Part shown: piece after piece, positions 1 through 10,000 of the stretch
Position numbering within the stretch: position 1 is the first letter of the stretch
How the letters are laid out: each line of letters opens with the position of its first letter
Assembly (NCBI GenBank): GCA_965140445.1
Contig: OZ223236.1
Location: 1,280,001-1,344,000, forward strand
DNA from: Candidatus Ozemobacteraceae bacterium
GTDB taxonomy: Bacteria; Muiribacteriota; Ozemobacteria; Ozemobacterales; Ozemobacteraceae
Direction: 5' to 3'
DNA length: 64,000 nt
The notes under the pieces: model-generated
What the model saw: the letters and a program-made list of their open reading frames with translations, nothing else
Told to the model about the DNA's origin: nothing
Database searches by the model: none
Program-made: the position numbers and the translations under genes

Positions 1-3000
1 GGGGCAACAGCAACCAGTCCTCTAATTAATGTTATCAGTGGTGAAACCGGAAATTTCAGTATTATTCCTTCGAGCATTTCTATCAGTGCCGGGGATACCT
101 TTTTATTCAACATAACCGCATCAGACACCTCTGGAAACCTGAACGTGCTTTATAACGGTAGTGTGAGGTTTTCAACTCTTGATACCCAGGCTGTTTTGCC
201 CGCCGATTCAACTTTGATTAATGGGGCAGGGGCTTTTAACGCTACTTTTAAAACCGAAGGGGTTTTTGAGTTGTCTGCACGTGATACGAGAGACCCTGGA
301 ATCGTGGGAACTATGGCGGTAACGGTTATTGCTTCTGTTCCATCCAAACTTGAATTGGAAATTCAGGATCTTGATCTCAACGTGAATGCTGGAATTCCGT
401 TTCCTTACAGATTGCATGTAAAAGACGCCTTTGGAAACCATGCCAGTTATACAGGAAACATCGAAGTTTCTGCTGCTGATAAACACGCTTCAGCAGATCA
501 TACCAAGGTTTTTGCTCTTGCTAATGAAAGTGTAAAAAGTGACAATTGGACTCTAATTACTGCTGGAGTTCAGGATCTATTGGCAACTGGGGCGGCATTT
601 GTTGACACAAGAAGCGAGAGGGTGGTTGTAAATGCCGGATCGCCTGATCACATTGCTGGCGACTTCCCTAATAGCGTTTATTCAGAATTTTATTATCCGT
701 TTAAAGTTCGCATCGAAGATATCTATGGCAACCCTTCGCCTCTTTACACTAATACAATAACTCCTGTCAGCAGCGGCCCAAGCTTTGCCCGAGAGCCGAA
801 CAATCACGCTTTTTCCTCGGGGGATAATGGTGAGTATGTTTTTAACCTGCAGTGGGACAGGGGAACTGGGAATCCGATAACCACCAATCTTACTTTTCAG
901 GATTCTGGGGCTTTGGCCAATCTAACCTTTCCTGTTCTGGTAGATTGCCCCAGAAGTAATAATCCGGTTGGAGTATTGGCTAACTTCTGGCTTTCAAGGC
1001 CTGATCGAAGGGTAATCGCCTCTGAGCCTTTTGGAATGACAATTCGGGCAAGTACTGGTCGAGACAGGCTTGCAACTGTTTCTGTGACAGTTGAATTTGA
1101 TATTTCGCAAGGTGATTTCTGGGTTAATGACGGCGGTGGCTGGCAGAAAACTATAACCATGACCAATGAATCTCAAAAGAGTTTCCAGGCGATGGTTACT
1201 CGAACTGGTTATTTAGCAGTAATTGCTAAATCTCAAGCCGAACCTCTTAAAACCGGAACAGTGAGTTTCGTCGCAAAGCCTAATAAGATGGATTCTCTTA
1301 CAATTACAGCTGATACTCCTCAAATGGCTGGTAAAAAGTTTCCTTTTGTCGCTGAATGGTGGGATGTCTGCAAAAATTACGCTGAAACCGCCACGGAAAC
1401 AATAACATTAAGTGCAACCTCCGTTGGCGCAAATACGCTTGAGCCGTCTGATCTAATTCCTACGGGCTGGAGCGGCAAATTTGATGCTTCTATCACTTCC
1501 GGAAGATGGACAGATAAAAAATTCTGGGCTTCAAATGCAGAAACCAACATAAATCACGATAAATTGCTTAACGAAATTAGTATTTTAGGCCTTTACGATG
1601 AAGATTTTACTGATGGAGCACTGGACAATCCAAATTGGCAGGTGATGATTCAGCAGGGGGACAATGTTAGCGAAGCTTGCGTTGGCTCTCATAGCTTGAA
1701 TGGTGGGTGTTTGTACATTGAAACGTCTGGGGACGGAAACCTATTCGATGATACTTCGCAGGGTGATTATCAGGAAAACGAAATTGATGACGGCTATTAC
1801 TTTTTATATCAGCCCTGGCCTGCCACCGATACTTTCGATTTTGATGCGCGGGTCTATGTTTTAAGGTATTGGTATGATACCCGGAAACGCACCAATCAAT
1901 CCATGGTTGGCATCATGATTCGTGACAACAGCCATACGATGGAGCCCAGATATATTTGTGCTCAACTCCAGAACACTACCAATAGTGGCGATTTCAACAT
2001 GAATACCACGAGTCAGGTAACATATAGAAACACTCCGGATGGTTATGTTTATCGAGGAAAAAATAACACCAGTAATGGTAACTCGGGAACCCACCCTAAA
2101 TGGCTAAGAATAAGGCGTTTGACTGCAACTTCATTTGAGGGAGCGCAATCAAACGATGAGGTTGTATGGGACAATTTTACTTCTAGAATGCCGACCGCGG
2201 TGAATATTTCACTTGGAAATCCACAAATGCTTGGAATCGCGGTTTGTGCAGACAGCACCACATATCCTGGAATTGGCTGGTTCACAAAGTTTAAGGTTAA
2301 CCGGTATTATCAACAGGGTGTTTTCGAGTCTGCTATCCATGACGTTGGGACTTCTACGGTTACTTTTAATCAAATCAGTCTGCTTGCAACGAAACCAGGA
2401 GGGACTCAGGTTATCGTTGAAGTGCGTGCCAGCAATAATTCTGGCGCAATGGGCGCCTGGACAAACCTCGGAAACATAACTAATGCCAGTATAGATCTGG
2501 CGGCTTTAAATAATCGTAGATATTTTCAGTATCGCCTGACACTAAATCCCAATACCGTTGCGGCAGGCGTTTACGATGCGACACCTGTTGTTCGTCAGGT
2601 TGATATAACCTATGACATAAATCCAATTGGCCATATTTTCGAAGGCCGCGAAACCGTTACTCTGAATGCTTCTACCACTTTCCCGGCCATAGACGTTGGA
2701 ACATGCAGTGTTGAAATTAAAGGTGGGGATGTTGCGAGTCTTTCAATTACAGTTCCAGCATCATGTATTGCTGGTGAACCTTTTACTATAAGCGTTTCTG
2801 CTCTTGATGCTTTTGGGAATATTGCTGATGACGCTTCAGGTTCATGGAGCTTTACTACTTCTGATGGCTCGCCTTATCCGGGGGTGGTTCCTCCGGCTTA
2901 TATTCTTGTGCCCGTTGCTGATAAAGGTCAGCACACATTTCATAAGAGCTCTATTTTGTATAATGGCCCAACGGCTACTATTAGCGTAACTGACGGGAAC

Positions 3001-6000
3001 ATTACTGCAACCTCTGCTCCAATAGTGGTTAACCCGGGTTTATTAAAGGAATTTGGAGTGCATGCTGATTCTCCTCAGGTTGCCAGCACCAGTTTTGAGG
3101 TTGGAGTTACTGCTTATGATCTCTATGATAATGTTAAAAGCGATTATACCGGGACGGTAACCTTCTATGACGATAAAACCGGTGGAAACAGCCGATATGT
3201 TCCTTCAAGTATCGCTCCCGGCGATTGGGTTGGCGGAGTTGCAACTCTAAGTCCAGGCGTTTCTTTTACCAAGGTTGAAACCGTCCATGTTTCTGCTCAA
3301 GGCGACTATCGTAGTGGAACATCTAATCCAATCGAGATAAATTCGGCTACTTCATCTGCTCTTATGCTAACAGTTAGCACCACCCAGCCTGAAGCTGGTG
3401 TTCCCTTTTCTCTGAATGTAATGGCGGTAGATAACTTTGGAAACCAGGCAAACACTTACAATGGCACGGTAAAATTCAGCGTTACAGATACTCACGGTAG
3501 TGTTGTGATTCCTGCCGATTACAATTTTGTTCCCGCCGATAATGGTCTGCATCTCTGGGTTAATGCTGCAACACTTATTACACCCGGTCTGCAGACAATC
3601 CGGGTAGAGGATTCTGTTGATCCGACCATGTTTTCTGAAGTTCCAGTGGTTGTTTTGCCTGGACCAATTGCCAACTTTAAGCTGGAATGCTCGGCAACAC
3701 AGACAGCAAATGTTCCGTTTAATCTTTTGATAACAGCTTATGATGCTTATGGAAACCCGAAAACCAACTTCTCTGAAGCGGTGACTTTGTCCTCAACTTT
3801 TGATTCTATTCTGCCTGTAACTGCCGGCGGTTTTTCGAATGGTCAGTTGCTCATTCCTTCTACAGAAATAGATCACTCAGTCCTGCCAACTACTGGTCAG
3901 ATTGATGTAAATTACGGAAGCGCTATAGGAACACTCTCGGTAACCATGATGCCTTCTGCTGCTATTTATGATCACATTTTCATGGAAGCAATTCCGGATA
4001 ATCCGTCTGCGGGTGACGCTTTTAAATTAACCATAAAAACAGTTGGTGCTGATGGAGCTGTGTTTACTGGTTACAGTGGAATTGGGGTTGACTTGACAGC
4101 AAGCAATACTCTGGGTTTTGAAGTTGTTCCACCTATGTCGCCAGACGAGGCTCTTACTTTTGATCTGGGTGTTAAAGAAGTATATGCCCGCATCTGGGAG
4201 GCTGGAACCATAACCATCTGGGCTCATGATAAGACCCTTGGAAAAGTTGGTTCTTTAACAATTGAAGTTCTTCCTACCAATCTCTCATATTTTACAGTTG
4301 TTCCCGGGACCTCTTCTGTTAATCTATATCCAAATAATTACTATCAGGAAGTGGGGGCGAGCTTCCCGCTTTATCTTGGCGCTTACGATAGTATCGACAA
4401 TTTGAAATCCGATTATTCTGGAAACGTAACCCTTACTCATAACGGCACAGGAACATACAGCGTGGCCTCTGTGACCTTCGAAAATGGAGTTGCAACGGTG
4501 CCCGCTGCTTTTTATGATGACTTTGGGCGAATGAGAATTACTGCGTATGACTCTTTGCTTGATAGAAAAGGGATTTCAAATTATATATATTTCTTTGGTC
4601 CGCTGGCCGAATTTGACCTGAATTATGGCTTACATCAAAGTGATGAAACTCCTTTCTTGCTTACAGTTGAAGGTTACGATACCTATGGCCAGTTAAAGCT
4701 TAATTGTATGGATACAACTAGTATCAGCAATATTTCTTACACGCCTGGCTCTATCAGTCCTGTAACGATGTCTCCAATGGCCCCAGCTTTGGTCTGGAAA
4801 GATGGTGTGGCTTACGAATGGATAACTCCAGATCGCAAAAATGGAGGAGTGAATGAGGCTACAGCAAGTTTCAGGCTTGATTCTAATGAGACAGTGGGTG
4901 CTTCTGGTACTGCAACTTTCTATCTTCGTAAAAAGGGTGGTGGAGCAGATCACTTTTTAATTGAGACTTATTCTCCGCAGATAGCCGGGGAACCCTTTCC
5001 AATGCTGGTAAAGGCTGTAAACTCGTCAAATCAGATTGACACATCCTGGTCTGGAACGGTGCAATTGTTTGCCACTGATACGGTTACAGGACTTGGGTAT
5101 CCTCTTGTCCCTTCTTCTGTTACAATTAACCCTGCTGATAATGGTGTTTATTCAAATCCGGCAATGGTTATTAATAACGCTGCAACCTACACTTTGTCTG
5201 CTAATTATGCGGCAATGAACGGCACATTTACGCCATTCCTGGTAAAGCAAAGACCAGTAAGCAAGCTTGTGCTGAATGTTCCGCAATACGCACCCCTAAA
5301 TCAGAACTTTCAAATGACCATTTCTGCTTACACCGATAATGGCAATTTAAAAACTGATTACGTACCTGAAGGCCCAATTCTGTTAAAGCTAAATGCTACA
5401 GCTACCGGAATTTTGGGGATTCAGTTTGTTGATCCATCTGAATTTGTTGGTGGCATTGCGACAATAACCACCCAGAATTACAACAAGAGCCAGAAAATCT
5501 TTATTTATGCTAACGAGCCATATTTGAATAAAGAGTTTATTGGCGGTCCAATTGATGTATTCGGAATCCCAACCAAGCTTATTTTACAGCCTCTAGACGG
5601 CTCTTCTCCGCCAATGGTGGACCCCTCAAGGGATTTCTTCTGGATGCAGTTTTTCCAGGTCAGGGCTACCGTGAAAGACTCAAATGGATTTACAGTGGCA
5701 AACTTTGATCAGGATATTCATTTTAAAATGAAACCGGGGCTGGCACCGCCAACTGCAGTTGATGCAAACATAGTTGGAGGGTATGATGTTCAGCACTTTT
5801 TCTCAAGTAGTAATGGTGTGCAGGACTTTATCTTTAAGGTTGATTACTCAACCATGGTTACACCAATTAATTTGAGAATGATAGGTAGCTTTACTTATGG
5901 TATGTCAGATGTAACAAAAGAAATTGGTGACCTGCCTTTCCATAAAATAATCGTATTCGATCATTATGAGATAACAACACCAGATGAAACATCTGGCGTA

Positions 6001-6759
6001 GTTAAGGGAGCAACTTTTACTTTCTCAATTAACGCGGTTGATAACTTTAATAATCCTATCGTTCTGGCTTCTGCGCCAAACTTCACATGGGCTCACACCT
6101 ATCCGGCAACTTCCCCGACAAATCTCTTTGTTTGGCCTCCAGCTGGTGGTATTGCATTTCCGAATGTTTCAACTGTAAATGTCAGTGCTTTTATTGATTA
6201 TGATGATGACTCCATAACCAGTTTTACCTTTACAATTACCCCTGAAGATGGAACGGTTGGCTCTGATAGCGTTAACTTTCCTGTAAAACTTGGCGATCCA
6301 AGAGTTAGCACAGAACTTTTTGATATTGAGCCCTCTCAAAGATATGTTTTAAGTATGTACATAAAGACATTGGACGGAATCACAACCGGAACAGCAATAG
6401 TTGAGGCTGCTTTGTATCAGGCCGGGGCAACAAAAGTAACAGATGCATACAAAAAACTTGCTGATCTGACCCCGCAAAATTCACCGGCAAGTGGAACTGC
6501 AACTGCTGGCTATAGTAATGGATGGCACGGTTGGAAAAGGTATTATTGGTATTTCGATACGGATGTGGACACTCCTTTAATTTCAATTCGTCTTGGGTCA
6601 AACGCCGGGGAAGTATTAGTTGACGGTATCCAGCTTGAAAAGGCTGCAGATCCTGCGGAACCCTTCCCGTCAAAATACAGTCCTCATCCATTGAATATTA
6701 TCCATCCGTCTGTTGATGGTAGAACTGGTGTTACCGGCAAAGAATATTGGAAAAAATAA
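1..6759 (+). CDS. Giant secreted Ig-like-repeat/lectin-domain surface protein, copy 1 (5'-truncated by the window edge)
   Basis: The frame is open from base 1 (GATATSPLINVISGETGNF...), so the GTG at 145 is not the true start. It is collinear with 10201-16959. It has recurring ~100-aa beta modules with a D-x-[FY]-G-N motif, a ConA/LamG-like segment (WLRIRR...F...S.D...W...GIAV) and a C-terminal DGIQLE carbohydrate-binding-like module. Confidence 0.9.
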   Translation, partial: GATATSPLINVISGETGNFSIIPSSISISAGDTFLFNITASDTSGNLNVLYNGSVRFSTLDTQAVLPADSTLINGAGAFNATFKTEGVFELSARDTRDPGIVGTMAVTVIASVPSKLELEIQDLDLNVNAGIPFPYRLHVKDAFGNHASYTGNIEVSAADKHASADHTKVFALANESVKSDNWTLITAGVQDLLATGAAFVDTRSERVVVNAGSPDHIAGDFPNSVYSEFYYPFKVRIEDIYGNPSPLYTNTITPVSSGPSFAREPNNHAFSSGDNGEYVFNLQWDRGTGNPITTNLTFQDSGALANLTFPVLVDCPRSNNPVGVLANFWLSRPDRRVIASEPFGMTIRASTGRDRLATVSVTVEFDISQGDFWVNDGGGWQKTITMTNESQKSFQAMVTRTGYLAVIAKSQAEPLKTGTVSFVAKPNKMDSLTITADTPQMAGKKFPFVAEWWDVCKNYAETATETITLSATSVGANTLEPSDLIPTGWSGKFDASITSGRWTDKKFWASNAETNINHDKLLNEISILGLYDEDFTDGALDNPNWQVMIQQGDNVSEACVGSHSLNGGCLYIETSGDGNLFDDTSQGDYQENEIDDGYYFLYQPWPATDTFDFDARVYVLRYWYDTRKRTNQSMVGIMIRDNSHTMEPRYICAQLQNTTNSGDFNMNTTSQVTYRNTPDGYVYRGKNNTSNGNSGTHPKWLRIRRLTATSFEGAQSNDEVVWDNFTSRMPTAVNISLGNPQMLGIAVCADSTTYPGIGWFTKFKVNRYYQQGVFESAIHDVGTSTVTFNQISLLATKPGGTQVIVEVRASNNSGAMGAWTNLGNITNASIDLAALNNRRYFQYRLTLNPNTVAAGVYDATPVVRQVDITYDINPIGHIFEGRETVTLNASTTFPAIDVGTCSVEIKGGDVASLSITVPASCIAGEPFTISVSALDAFGNIADDASGSWSFTTSDGSPYPGVVPPAYILVPVADKGQHTFHKSSILYNGPTATISVTDGNITATSAPIVVNPGLLKEFGVHADSPQVASTSFEVGVTAYDLYDNVKSDYTGTVTFYDDKTGGNSRYVPSSIAPGDWVGGVATLSPGVSFTKVETVHVSAQGDYRSGTSNPIEINSATSSALMLTVSTTQPEAGVPFSLNVMAVDNFGNQANTYNGTVKFSVTDTHGSVVIPADYNFVPADNGLHLWVNAATLITPGLQTIRVEDSVDPTMFSEVPVVVLPGPIANFKLECSATQTANVPFNLLITAYDAYGNPKTNFSEAVTLSSTFDSILPVTAGGFSNGQLLIPSTEIDHSVLPTTGQIDVNYGSAIGTLSVTMMPSAAIYDHIFMEAIPDNPSAGDAFKLTIKTVGADGAVFTGYSGIGVDLTASNTLGFEVVPPMSPDEALTFDLGVKEVYARIWEAGTITIWAHDKTLGKVGSLTIEVLPTNLSYFTVVPGTSSVNLYPNNYYQEVGASFPLYLGAYDSIDNLKSDYSGNVTLTHNGTGTYSVASVTFENGVATVPAAFYDDFGRMRITAYDSLLDRKGISNYIYFFGPLAEFDLNYGLHQSDETPFLLTVEGYDTYGQLKLNCMDTTSISNISYTPGSISPVTMSPMAPALVWKDGVAYEWITPDRKNGGVNEATASFRLDSNETVGASGTATFYLRKKGGGADHFLIETYSPQIAGEPFPMLVKAVNSSNQIDTSWSGTVQLFATDTVTGLGYPLVPSSVTINPADNGVYSNPAMVINNAATYTLSANYAAMNGTFTPFLVKQRPVSKLVLNVPQYAPLNQNFQMTISAYTDNGNLKTDYVPEGPILLKLNATATGILGIQFVDPSEFVGGIATITTQNYNKSQKIFIYANEPYLNKEFIGGPIDVFGIPTKLILQPLDGSSPPMVDPSRDFFWMQFFQVRATVKDSNGFTVANFDQDIHFKMKPGLAPPTAVDANIVGGYDVQHFFSSSNGVQDFIFKVDYSTMVTPINLRMIGSFTYGMSDVTKEIGDLPFHKIIVFDHYEITTPDETSGVVKGATFTFSINAVDNFNNPIVLASAPNFTWAHTYPATSPTNLFVWPPAGGIAFPNVSTVNVSAFIDYDDDSITSFTFTITPEDGTVGSDSVNFPVKLGDPRVSTELFDIEPSQRYVLSMYIKTLDGITTGTAIVEAALYQAGATKVTDAYKKLADLTPQNSPASGTATAGYSNGWHGWKRYYWYFDTDVDTPLISIRLGSNAGEVLVDGIQLEKAADPAEPFPSKYSPHPLNIIHPSVDGRTGVTGKEYWKK

Positions 6760-6788
6760 GCTTTTGAGCTCAGACTTGAATCAAAGGG

Positions 6789-6831
6789 ATTGGCTTCTGT
6801 TTAAAGAAATAAACCGGAGCCAATTTTTTTT
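6789..6831 (+). terminator. Probable intrinsic terminator after giant protein copy 1
   Basis: Stem ATTGGCTTCTGTTT / AAACCGGAGCCAAT (one mismatch, one G-U pair) followed by a T-run. Confidence 0.65.
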
Positions 6832-7026
6832 CAGCCAATTCTGATTAATTTTTTTGCCAGAAATCCGGGTTAAAATTCGGAAGTGCCACCTGAAATCTCT
6901 TTGTACAATCATCTTTAATCAATCCATTAGTATTGCCTGAAACGAGAGTAATTTAATTTTTCACAAAGTACAATTTCTTGTATAGACAAAAATAGATTCT
7001 CTTCTTATTATTAGGTTGAGGTTAAA

Positions 7027-10000
7027 ATGAGGAATAAAGAAATATTTATAATTTTTTCCGTGTTGGCTCTTTTCCTGTTTTTTCCTCTTACAGAGGTGCT
7101 TTCCGCATCTAAGGTTTTAACCTCTCAGGCTGATTTTGCTGCGGGAAGTGTCAGCCAGCTAATCGATGCCGACGTTGATGGTAATCCCAAAGATTATCTG
7201 CGACTAATCAACACCAATCCTGGAGTAGATGGAACTCCTGGCGACAAACTTGCGCCTGGGTCAGGGCGCGTTTTTGCTTTTAAAAGGCACATCCCGCTAA
7301 CTGAAACCCGCGGTCGCGATCGCTTTTTAGAAAAAGTTCAACTTAATATTGAACAGATCAGCGGGGCAAAAGAAAACTGGGGCGACTTGCGTCTGGTAAA
7401 TTCTGCCGGTAATTTTGTTCCATTCAGAATTTTGAATTTTGAAACACCGGTAGATAACCCAAATTCTTATGTCACATTGCTTTTTGAGGCTTATGCAAGT
7501 CAGTCTGCAGTTACAGATTACTGGTTATACTACGGCAACCCGAACGCGACTTCGGTGGCAGTTGATAACATCAGCCCGTTCTATTTGCGGAATCATGATT
7601 TTGAAGATGGTTCCAATAACTGGGCAGTCTGTTCTGCAAGCACTCTTAATGCCAATGCTGTTGTTCTCGGATTGCTTGACGGAGTTTCTATTTTGCCCTC
7701 GGGCTATGTCGGCTATGAAAGCAAAGGCTGTTTGCAGGCGTATTATCCTGAAGGTGGAAATGATGGGACTGAAAATGGAAAATGGCGAGCCTGGTCACAG
7801 ACCGTAACCGGGCCAACCGCTGATCTTTACATTGCTACTGCGTATAAAAAAACCTATTCAGGAGCTTATGACAAGCGGCTAAACACATATTTGCGCCATA
7901 TTCAATCAGGTGCTGACTCGACTACAAATATCCCGGCGGGGGTTACAGATTGGACGACCCAGTCTCTGGAGTTTAACACTGGCGGAACCAGAACTTTTGA
8001 ACTCGCTGCTGGCATGTATTTTGGAACCAGTGTTGATACCGGCTGGCGTGAGCGAGGCACCTACATTGACTGGATAGATGTTCAGCCAAAATACCCCCTG
8101 GAAAAAGTTTTGGGAATCAAAGAAAGTGCTGGTTACAACGCTGTTGGCTCTTTCACCTCTGCTGCTATTGATACCGGGATTGCAGCTCCGCAATTTGGAA
8201 AAATTACCTGGATAGCCAATACAAACTCTCCCGGGACTTCGGTTTATTTCCAGACCAGATCCGGGGGAAGCCTTGCTGCGTTAAATGCTGCCCCCTGGAG
8301 CGCAAATGTCAATGTTAATGGTGCTGATATACCAAGTGCCAATGCAAGGTATCTGCAGGTAAGGGCGTTTCTCGAAACAACTGATACCGCTTATACTCCC
8401 GTGCTTGATGAAATTGAGGTTTTCTTTGATCTGCCGGCGACCAAGCTTCAGGTGCTTACGCCAGCCAATGTAACAGCGGGGGATTATTTTGATTTCAGGG
8501 TTACAGCCCTTGATAACTTTAATGCGACCGCAACCACATTCGTTGGAAATGTAACCATGTATTCGGTTCCGGCCGGTGTAACATTTTTACCCAATGTGAG
8601 TTATGTTTTTCAACCTGAAGATCAGGGAACCGCTTTGTTTCAGGCGCGAAAAACCAATGTGGGGAATTTTGAAATTTTCGCGACGTCTGTAGGACTTACA
8701 GACGGTGCTTCAGGGAATATCGTCTGCGGGCCCGGGCCGGTTAGCCAACTGGTTATGGTGGCCCCACCGGGGACGGTTACGGCCGGGAACCACTTTAATA
8801 TAAATATTGAGGCCCGGGACCGATACGGCAATGTTGATACGAATGCCAACCTGACTTTAACTTCGTATTGTGCCGACCCCTATCCGGCGTCTATTACCCC
8901 TGCTATACAGCTTACGGGTGGCTACGCAACATTGCCGAATACGGTTTTGTTTACAAAACCGTCCCAGACGATAGTGCTACAGGCGCCATCAAATGGTATG
9001 GAAGTCCAGACCAGCATAAACGTTAATGCCGCTGCTACAAATAAACTTCGTTTAGCTGCAGATCCTGATCAGTATCAGAATGTTCCCTTTGATTTAACAG
9101 TTGATGCAGTGGATGTTTATGGCAATGTTACAGGTTATGGTGCTGCGTATAATCTTTCTCTCTCTGCAGGTGCTATTGCTCCGAATACAGGAACGCTCGT
9201 AAGTGGCACAAAGACCCAGAGTGAAACCATTGATACCGAAGGAAACATTACTGTTTCAGCAGTTTCCGGCGCATTTAACGGAAACATGGGAATTATTGTT
9301 CATCCTCAGACCCCAGCCGCTCTTGATACTTTTAGAGTTGATGCCGGTTCTATTCAGCTTGCTGGAGTGCCTTTTACTCTAACGATTGAAGCATTGGATG
9401 AATTTCTGAATCTTCTTCCAGGTTATAAAGGCGCTTGTCGCTTAGATGTAAGTGTGGGTTCCATTACTCCTGAATTCACAACTGGTTACAGTTTCCTTGA
9501 TGGTATTATGGCCATTCCTGTAAAGGTTTCCGGGGCCAGCGAAACGGTAGTTATTACAGTTTATGACCTGAAAGACAATACTAAACTTGGTATGACATAT
9601 ATAACCGTTCAGTCATCAACTCTGGACCATTTTGACGTTACCGCACCTGCAGCTCTTACTGCAGGAGCTTCCTGCACATTCGAAGTCCGCCCCAGAGATT
9701 CGTCCGGAAACCTGCTAACTAAATATACGGGAACGATTTCAATTTCAAACACCTCAACAGGCGGGGATGTTTTATGTCCATCAATCTATACTTTTCAAAC
9801 CTCGGATAATGGAGTTAAAACCTTTACTGCAACAGAAGCAGCTCGTTTTACAAAAGCGGAGGTGGTTAGACTCAGAGTTGAAGATGCTGGTCGCCGTGGA
9901 CTATCTGATTTTATTGAAATCATGGCGGCTTCTGCCAGCCCGAAAATAGAGATTAGACCGGATAAATTTACGATCGAACTAGGGGAATCGCTTTCATACA

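Noticed and set aside
145..147. GTG start given for the 2204-aa ORF
   Set aside because: The frame is open from base 1 and matches the middle of the 3310-aa paralogue, so the gene starts upstream of the window.
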